From: a virus
Lineage: Duplodnaviria; Caudoviricetes
Virus record (IMG/VR): IMGVR_UViG_3300032038_000016
Span: 32,001-96,000 of that record
Length of the DNA: 64,000 nt
Reading direction: 5' to 3' (one strand)
Of this stretch, positions 57,071 through 64,000 are shown in pieces. The notes beneath the pieces are model-generated. The model saw nothing but the letters and a program-made list of their open reading frames with translations, made no database searches and was not told the DNA's origin. Position 1 is the first letter of the stretch; the number at the start of each line of letters is the position of its first letter. The position numbers were made by a program, and so were the translations under genes.

Positions 57071-58207
57071 TTAGAAATCCAAATCACCAGTATCCACAGG
57101 TGTGGGCTTTGGTGATGATGAACTACCACCACTATTATCACCATCATCAGAATCCGAAGATGATGGTTTGGGTGATGGCTTTGGTTTACCCTTTTCTTCT
57201 TGTTGTTGTTTACGTTCTGCTTCTCTTTGTGATTTCTTTTCCAAACGAATCTGATCTCTTTTCGCTTCTTCCTCAGCCATTGCACGAGAATCATAATGCT
57301 TGAGTTGTGCTTGAAGATTCTTCATTTGAATATTGTATTTCTTAATATTCTTTTGATATCTCATATCAATCAAGCTACTCTTTCTGCCGGGAGCTGCTTT
57401 GTACTCTTCGTATGCCTTCTTAGTTTCTTCGTACAAATCACAAGCATTCTTAAATTGTCTAACACGTTTGTCATAGTTTTCTGTTAATGTATGATTAATG
57501 TATGAAATGGGATTCAATATTTTTCGAACGCCAAAGATTTTACCGAATACATCACGGAAGAATGCAGTAATCGGAATGATTTCATGTGCTTGTACAAATG
57601 CTGAGAATGCAGTTAATGCAGAACCAATACCAGACAACAACGCACCTTCTTGCGTCATTCTAGTAGATCCATGATAATTACGAATTGCGTTGTTATATGC
57701 AGCTTCCATATTACCATTAAACGCACGAAGGAATGCACGATTGTGTTCATTGGGCGTTGTCTTATCGGGAACATAGATAATACCATCCGGTGTTGCTTCT
57801 GTTGATGCGTATACCCTACCCATCTCACCAACTAACAAACGATATCCAGATGTAAATATAGCAGTAAATGTGATATTTTTTTCATTGGGTTTTTTAATGA
57901 ATTCCGAAACCATCTTCTTGTACAATGGCTTATGCAATGCATTAAACATATCTTGGAATTCCTTTGCTTCATTCTTTGGGAAACCCTTTAATGTTGATAA
58001 TTCAGCAATTTGCTTTTCTAATATATCATAGACTGGGGATTTTGTAATATCCCCAGCCATTTTGTATTCATCAGAACTTTTTTTCCCATAAATATCATCT
58101 AGCATCTTCGTCATAGCATAAAGCTCTTTTTCGATCGCGCTATCTGATGTCTCCATCTTGTCTTTTCTCTCTGTTATTTTATTTACAGAATATGGCATAT
58201 TAATCAC
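57071..58207 (-). CDS. putative virion protein
   Basis: MTQE|GA site followed by a hydrophobic helix and coiled coil. Confidence 0.55.
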   Translation of the reverse strand: MINMPYSVNKITERKDKMETSDSAIEKELYAMTKMLDDIYGKKSSDEYKMAGDITKSPVYDILEKQIAELSTLKGFPKNEAKEFQDMFNALHKPLYKKMVSEFIKKPNEKNITFTAIFTSGYRLLVGEMGRVYASTEATPDGIIYVPDKTTPNEHNRAFLRAFNGNMEAAYNNAIRNYHGSTRMTQEGALLSGIGSALTAFSAFVQAHEIIPITAFFRDVFGKIFGVRKILNPISYINHTLTENYDKRVRQFKNACDLYEETKKAYEEYKAAPGRKSSLIDMRYQKNIKKYNIQMKNLQAQLKHYDSRAMAEEEAKRDQIRLEKKSQREAERKQQQEEKGKPKPSPKPSSSDSDDGDNSGGSSSSPKPTPVDTGDLDF

Positions 58208-58218
58208 CTCATATCAAA

Positions 58219-60609
58219 TCAATTTAATAACTTAAACAGATCACGTGTCTTAGAGCCAGCTGTTGACAATTCTGCTAATTGCTTTTCAACAGAATTTAAT
58301 GAATGAATTTCCCAATCATTATGTAAATCCGGAATAAAGATCTTGATAGATTCAGCATCTTGATCAATTACAACGAATGAAATGAGGAATAATTCATTAC
58401 ATAATCTCTTTGCTAATGATGGTTTTAATACATCAAGCTTTGTTGCAGATTTGATATTCTCTACGTCACCATTTGTGATCATAATTGTTGCATTTGGAAT
58501 TAAACCAGTTGTCTGATTACCTGATACTGCACCTGCAACATTTGCATCACCCTTTTCATGTGCAAGCTGATATAGACGACGATACCATTTACGTTTTGGA
58601 TCACGAGAGTCAATTGCTGTTTGTTTCTTTTCCTTCACTTGGAATACAATGTCTCTCAAGAATCTTAATTCTCCAGCCTTCCACTTAACATGACGAGAGA
58701 TCGCATTCATTTCCTTTAATGGAAATTTTACAACATCAGGCAATGTTTCGGGATCAATCAAACGACAATGTGTATGAACACCGATAATGAATTCCACCGG
58801 TTTATCAGATACAGCACCACTTGGATCTGTCACTCTCATCTGAAGCTTCATCAAAAGAGGTTTCATAGAATTCATCTTACGCATATCCTCTTCTTTCAGT
58901 ATCTCAGGAGCGCGATTCATCATCTTCAGAGCATGTTCTTCTTTACGATCACGCTCTTGTTTATCGTAATCCCTATACTTCTTTTCCGCCAACTTTGCAT
59001 CAGCAATTGCTTTACCAGTATCTGCACGAAGCTTTATACGACGATTTGCAACTTCCTTACCATAATCTGTTGAAGTATCTGTATTTGCTAAATCCATCAA
59101 TTTCTTAGCAGCATCAAGTCTGGCAATTTCAGCGTCATGTAATCTCTTTTGTGCTTCTGGACTATTTGAATCATTTTCACGACGAAGCTTGATGACTTCT
59201 TCTGTTGTTTTCTGTAAATCTGCTACTAACTTTGCTGCTTCACGATTATCTTTGTTTCTTTGTAATAGTAATTGTTCTTCTTCACGTAATGCCTTAGCGT
59301 CTTCACGAGCATCAGCATTTCTTTTCAAATCTAATTCTTCATCAGCACGACGATCAGCTTTTCTTTCACGATCATCACGATTTCTTGCATGCGTAATCTC
59401 ATCACGAATTTTCTGAATACGCGCATCTTGTTCATCATGAGCTTTGTCAAGTCTTGCTAATTCATCATCTAATAACTGAATAGATTTCTCTTCTTTTTCA
59501 AGTTGAGCATCGGACATCAATGCTTTTCTAATATACTCTTCCTTTTCAGCATCAGACATATGTTGAATATCTTGGGTAAACTGTGCATTCAATGACTTTC
59601 GTAATGAATCGCTGATAGTTTCATCTTGAGAAAATTGTGCTGATAATTCACCAGAATTTGTTTTTGAATTGTCTGTTCTTGATGATGTTGATGATTCATG
59701 TGAAGTGTCATGCCGTTTACCTAATTTATCATGGGTTCGTGTAATCACATCAGTTCCACCGGCACCACCAGCACCACCTACTCCACCTGCGCCACCAGCA
59801 CCACCTCCTGTTCTTACAGATCTTGAATGGTTATGCTGTACACCAGTATCAGTTTTCCTATCTGAGTCTGATGAAGACTTAGATGTTGTGTCGGTCTTAG
59901 TTTGTGATAATCTTTCTGAGATGGAACCACTCGTGCGTGTCGATTCATCACTTCCAGTTTCTCTAGAAGCACCAGCTGATAGTCTTTCAGTTTTTTTGTC
60001 ATAAAAGTCATCAGTCTCATTTTCCAATCGATCTCTTAAAGCATTTCTTCGTGCTGATCCACTTTCTTGGAAGAAGTGATCGAATTCAGACAATGGTTCA
60101 TAATCAACACATTCCAGAATTTCTTTTGCATCTGCATCAGAACAATTCAGCATATCAAATTCAAAGATACCTTGTTCATTAATAATCTTATTATGACAAG
60201 CGTCATGAGCATATGACATATCCGTGTATTCAACATATCGCGTTGTGTTAGTTTGGAACTTTGATAAGAATCCACCATGCTTCACACTCTTTGCATCAAC
60301 GATTGGATCTTGTGAAATTGCCATTTGAACATATGCCGCATACAGTTGTTCCAATAACATATTTGTTGCTGTTGCATAATCTAATGGGACACTCTTGGAA
60401 CAGAATACTGGAAATTCAAATGTATTTCGTGAAGCCATTCCGATTACAGATTTGGTGCTTTTACCCTTTTTATAGCCTTTTACAAAACGGCCGATTGTAG
60501 TATCATGCAAGTCTTTTATATTACCGACGGCTTTCGAGGCAGTATCATAGTCTTCTTCGGAAGTACCACCATTCCGATCAAGCCAATCTTGGTATTCACT
60601 TCTTGCCAT
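58219..60609 (-). CDS. putative virion structural protein with central low-complexity/coiled-coil insert
   Basis: Globular N- and C-terminal parts; FFQE|SG site precedes an S/T/G-rich and coiled-coil region. Confidence 0.55.
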   Translation of the reverse strand: MARSEYQDWLDRNGGTSEEDYDTASKAVGNIKDLHDTTIGRFVKGYKKGKSTKSVIGMASRNTFEFPVFCSKSVPLDYATATNMLLEQLYAAYVQMAISQDPIVDAKSVKHGGFLSKFQTNTTRYVEYTDMSYAHDACHNKIINEQGIFEFDMLNCSDADAKEILECVDYEPLSEFDHFFQESGSARRNALRDRLENETDDFYDKKTERLSAGASRETGSDESTRTSGSISERLSQTKTDTTSKSSSDSDRKTDTGVQHNHSRSVRTGGGAGGAGGVGGAGGAGGTDVITRTHDKLGKRHDTSHESSTSSRTDNSKTNSGELSAQFSQDETISDSLRKSLNAQFTQDIQHMSDAEKEEYIRKALMSDAQLEKEEKSIQLLDDELARLDKAHDEQDARIQKIRDEITHARNRDDRERKADRRADEELDLKRNADAREDAKALREEEQLLLQRNKDNREAAKLVADLQKTTEEVIKLRRENDSNSPEAQKRLHDAEIARLDAAKKLMDLANTDTSTDYGKEVANRRIKLRADTGKAIADAKLAEKKYRDYDKQERDRKEEHALKMMNRAPEILKEEDMRKMNSMKPLLMKLQMRVTDPSGAVSDKPVEFIIGVHTHCRLIDPETLPDVVKFPLKEMNAISRHVKWKAGELRFLRDIVFQVKEKKQTAIDSRDPKRKWYRRLYQLAHEKGDANVAGAVSGNQTTGLIPNATIMITNGDVENIKSATKLDVLKPSLAKRLCNELFLISFVVIDQDAESIKIFIPDLHNDWEIHSLNSVEKQLAELSTAGSKTRDLFKLLN

Positions 60610-60660
60610 GATTCATCATCTCCTTAAATTAATAAATTAATATACATTTCATCAATGCAT

Positions 60661-60673
60661 TTATGAAGGCGTT
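60661..60673 (-). promoter_or_regulatory. putative late promoter AACG-N6-TAA
   Basis: AACGCCTTCATAA between a hairpin and the 60609 start. Confidence 0.5.
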
Positions 60674-60681
60674 CATGATAA

Positions 60682-60699
60682 GGGGCCCGTAAAGGCCCC
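60682..60699 (-). terminator. hairpin terminator
   Basis: GGGGCC-CGTAAA-GGCCCC after the rusA-like stop. Confidence 0.55.
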
Positions 60700-60705
60700 A
60701 TCATA

Positions 60706-61290
60706 TCATTCTTTCGGAATTAATTTCATTATCTTCCTAATGCATTCTGGGATGTTATTCATATATGTGATTGTTAATTCATAACGTGGTGTGGTGGAAT
60801 AATACTTGTCACATGACATGGAAAATACCAATGCGTCATCACTCAAGATACCACGATGTCCACGTTTCTTATTCGGTTGAATTTGATCCATCGCACTCTT
60901 GGCATAGTTGTCAACATCCCCTGTATGAGTCCATGGACGAAGTATTTTCATTTCTGCTAACAACTTTTGTGACTTTGAAAACGATGTTGGTGTCTTTGCA
61001 TAGATATCGATTTGCATCTTACATGGTGTTTCAATAAATAAATCACCAAGAGTTGGTAATACATGCTTCTGGAAGAATGCTGCATTTTTGTATGCTCCTG
61101 GGACGTAAACTCGATATCCCGATAAACGTGGACGTTGTGATGGTTTTGGTTCATTATTGATTAATATCTTAACCGTAGACCAAGTGATGTGCTTTGTATA
61201 TCCAATCACAGTTGCAACATTATTCAATATCGATTCTGAATATTCCTCTCGCATTTTCAATTCATTTTCATGATTGATGTCTGTTGACAT
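60706..61290 (-). CDS. rusA: RusA-like Holliday junction resolvase
   Basis: PKPSQRPR, GDVDNYAKSAMD, ILSDDALV, KYYS motifs. Confidence 0.75.
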   Translation of the reverse strand: MSTDINHENELKMREEYSESILNNVATVIGYTKHITWSTVKILINNEPKPSQRPRLSGYRVYVPGAYKNAAFFQKHVLPTLGDLFIETPCKMQIDIYAKTPTSFSKSQKLLAEMKILRPWTHTGDVDNYAKSAMDQIQPNKKRGHRGILSDDALVFSMSCDKYYSTTPRYELTITYMNNIPECIRKIMKLIPKE

Positions 61291-61303
61291 ATCATCACCA
61301 CCA

Positions 61304-62749
61304 TTAATTTGCATAAATACGATAATTAATTAAAATCTCCCAGTTCTTAGAAATCGGAATGGAATTAAAAGTATAATACGTAATGAGTTTGATACGCTGT
61401 GCTTCATCTAATGTCAATCCATCCGTCTCTGAAGATTCTAAATAATGGACAAATTTATCTTCAACATATTGCAATGTATCATTCTGATTATAGAACGCTT
61501 GGGCTTGAATACAATCTTCAGCAGCTAATTGATTCTTCAGATATTCATAATCCAATGTAAATTTCACACGGTTATCATCCAATTCTTCCATTATCAATCC
61601 TAAAGTACTACTACCGGAACTACTAATTGTTTCATCTTCTGGTTTATCATAGATAATACAGCCATTACCGATTGTTCCATTTGGAATCTCAGGAAGAATC
61701 GCCCACATATTACCAATATGAGGGGATACAGCAACTGACAAATCATTCAATGCTTCTTTGATTTGTTTAATCAAATAAATTGCAATTGTATTTTCTGCTT
61801 CGGTTGATTTGATATCTCCCTTGTTCTTATATATGATCATTAACAATCTTTGGATTGTCTTCTCGTATAATGTTTCTACCATTGATCTAGTCCCTTGGAC
61901 TGTATCGAAAGCAACCAAACCCAATTCATTAATCATTGCTGTTGCGGTACCAGCCTTCTCAAAATAAGCATGACAATCGGTATCACTCAAAGAAAGTTTA
62001 CATTCAACATATGTTTCAATACGATCTGTCTTTGGAACACCGGCAATTGCATTTGGTCCAAGATCCATCGGAGTTACTGGGTCAACATAATTCCAGCGTT
62101 GACCATCCACCCACCAACTATGATAAATATGTGGTGTGGAATCAAATTTTTTGATATATGCGGATTTGGACATAATAGATGCTTCGGATGTATCATTACC
62201 GAAATACAACCCAAGATACTTACCAGCATCTGTCATAGAACCATCCAAGGATTGTTGGAATGGAATGGGATGACGTAATGAAATATAATGATATGCCGTA
62301 TTCTTAGTTGTGACATTATCTTCACCAGCACCACCGATTCCAATCATGAATCCTTGACAAATATGATTCACAGCAATATCATCTTCCATGATGGTATAAC
62401 CATTAATACTACGCAGATCTGTTTCTGATTGTCCAGCCGGATTAACACCAATAAACAATTTCTCATTCAAATCAGGAATTGCTAATGTTGTATCACGTGT
62501 CAAATCATCTGTTACTTTACCATGCGATGAATCTAAAAACAATCCAAACATCTTCATGAGAATCCATTGATAACCGGAAATGGGAATGATGTTTGTATGT
62601 GTTCCACAATCAATCTCTTCCCCTGTGATTTTGTTATGACGTTTGATATTAATAACACCACGTAACATGGGTCCTGTAATTGGTGGAATGTCATTACTTT
62701 TATCTTCAAATCGCATATCATCCGTCATAAGATATTCTTTATTTTCCAA
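61304..62749 (-). CDS. baseplate/tail structural protein
   Basis: HTNIIPISG, FMIGIGG, INELGL motifs typical of phage baseplate/tail-collar proteins; AAGGAG RBS before TTG. Confidence 0.45.
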   Translation of the reverse strand: MENKEYLMTDDMRFEDKSNDIPPITGPMLRGVINIKRHNKITGEEIDCGTHTNIIPISGYQWILMKMFGLFLDSSHGKVTDDLTRDTTLAIPDLNEKLFIGVNPAGQSETDLRSINGYTIMEDDIAVNHICQGFMIGIGGAGEDNVTTKNTAYHYISLRHPIPFQQSLDGSMTDAGKYLGLYFGNDTSEASIMSKSAYIKKFDSTPHIYHSWWVDGQRWNYVDPVTPMDLGPNAIAGVPKTDRIETYVECKLSLSDTDCHAYFEKAGTATAMINELGLVAFDTVQGTRSMVETLYEKTIQRLLMIIYKNKGDIKSTEAENTIAIYLIKQIKEALNDLSVAVSPHIGNMWAILPEIPNGTIGNGCIIYDKPEDETISSSGSSTLGLIMEELDDNRVKFTLDYEYLKNQLAAEDCIQAQAFYNQNDTLQYVEDKFVHYLESSETDGLTLDEAQRIKLITYYTFNSIPISKNWEILINYRIYAN

Positions 62750-62768
62750 TTGATATCACTCCTTATCA

Positions 62769-64000
62769 TTAGAAATTATTATTTGCATACGTATTACATT
62801 TTTGAGAAAAGGTGATGTCAATCTTATTATTTACATCACTAGCTAATTCAACACGTCCAACCCAGACAGTTGGAGAATAAGATTCTTTGTATTCATTTTC
62901 ATGATCATATTCATCCAAATTGTCTTTGATGTATTGATAATAATCAGAAATCTTCATCAGCACAGGAGCATCCAAATCACTGCTGTATTCATTAAATTCC
63001 TGGCCATATACGATTGCTTGGCCTTCTTGTGCTTCTCCAACACGCCAACCTTGGTGATCTAATATATTATTATTATATGATTGATCACTCCAAATGCATC
63101 GAATTTTCATACGTTTGATCATTGGAATTACTTGATTGAATCCTGTGTCTCGATAACCGAAATCACTTAATGAAATATTGTTATCCGAGATGGATGAGTT
63201 AGAATGACGAATACTTTTATCAACAATTCTACTAATTTCGGTTGGATCAAAATATTCAATTTCTTCAACAACAAACATCGCATAAACATGACCAATTGGT
63301 GTTGAAGTAAGACCATCTTCTGAATCGACCATTGTGTTGTAAGCGTGCCTTTGTCCATCTTCATATGGCCAATAATATGGATCAATTGTCGGTAATAAGA
63401 ATTGATCACCGACTACTTTTCCTTTGATACTGATATGATATTTTCCATCTGAATCAACAGTAAATGGTTTGAATGGATCATTGGTTGATGCGTTCTCGTC
63501 AATTAACACATCATTTGTATCATCCCAAATTCTTTCATCAGAATATAATAAATCAGAACCTGTAACATGTCCTTTCAACAAATTGGTTGAATATCTTAAA
63601 ACAGTTACAAATGCATGATCAGTGAATGATATGAGATTACCAACTTTCAACATCGGTGGTGTTTTTGTGAAACCAGAATCGGATCTATCAACAAATAATG
63701 GTGGTTTGGAATCTTCCGTATACATTTCATCATCTGTTCTGGATGTTTTACTGGAAGAAGATGGCATATCTGTATGATATGATGATCCACCAAAATTCTT
63801 TAATAGATTCAAATATTTCGCACGTAATGGGAAATTCAATTCTGTAATTAAATCATCACATGTTTTTAGTGCTGATTGTTTTACCAGTCGAACAGTATCA
63901 CTTGTTCCAATCTTACGTGACATTCGATACATACAGAACGAATAGCAAGATTGTACAACGTTTCTGTTACATTTGATCAATTCCTTTTCATATTTGAATT
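62769..64000 (-). CDS. C-terminal part of a large, probably structural protein (5' end outside window)
   Basis: Frame stays open to the window edge (..FKYEKELIKCNRN..). Confidence 0.6.
   Translation of the reverse strand, partial: FKYEKELIKCNRNVVQSCYSFCMYRMSRKIGTSDTVRLVKQSALKTCDDLITELNFPLRAKYLNLLKNFGGSSYHTDMPSSSSKTSRTDDEMYTEDSKPPLFVDRSDSGFTKTPPMLKVGNLISFTDHAFVTVLRYSTNLLKGHVTGSDLLYSDERIWDDTNDVLIDENASTNDPFKPFTVDSDGKYHISIKGKVVGDQFLLPTIDPYYWPYEDGQRHAYNTMVDSEDGLTSTPIGHVYAMFVVEEIEYFDPTEISRIVDKSIRHSNSSISDNNISLSDFGYRDTGFNQVIPMIKRMKIRCIWSDQSYNNNILDHQGWRVGEAQEGQAIVYGQEFNEYSSDLDAPVLMKISDYYQYIKDNLDEYDHENEYKESYSPTVWVGRVELASDVNNKIDITFSQKCNTYANNNF

Noticed and set aside
1-64000. Stop-codon reassignment as in some gut jumbo phages
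   Set aside because: Genes are intact and densely packed under code 11; TAA, TGA and TAG all end genes.

Overview
AT-rich segment of a jumbo myophage genome, probably infecting a Gram-positive (Bacillota) host; the host is inferred from the peptidoglycan hydrolases and strong Shine-Dalgarno sites. The window is mostly the virion morphogenesis region. It encodes a T4 gp21-type prohead protease, a gp23-like major capsid protein, a gp25-like baseplate subunit, a probable neck protein, a 3706-aa tape measure/tail lysin, tail-fibre-like genes, a RusA-like resolvase, and a stand-alone C-terminal fragment of an RNA polymerase beta subunit (phiKZ/AR9-style split RNAP). The main unexplained pattern is a family of about 12 mostly unrelated proteins that share an N-terminal leader (IDD..SE..V...L...Y.K[QE]), a Glu-terminated putative prohead-protease site and usually an amphipathic Lys/aromatic helix. 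This module is fused to diverse cargo, including two tandem protein-kinase-like domains, and suggests a modular capsid-loading and injected-effector system. Also seen: candidate early and late phage promoter motifs, two compact H-type pseudoknots bracketing an early gene, and a tape measure protein with an embedded C39-like peptidase and repeated G[SG]GD motifs. All calls come from reading motifs by eye; no database searches were run.
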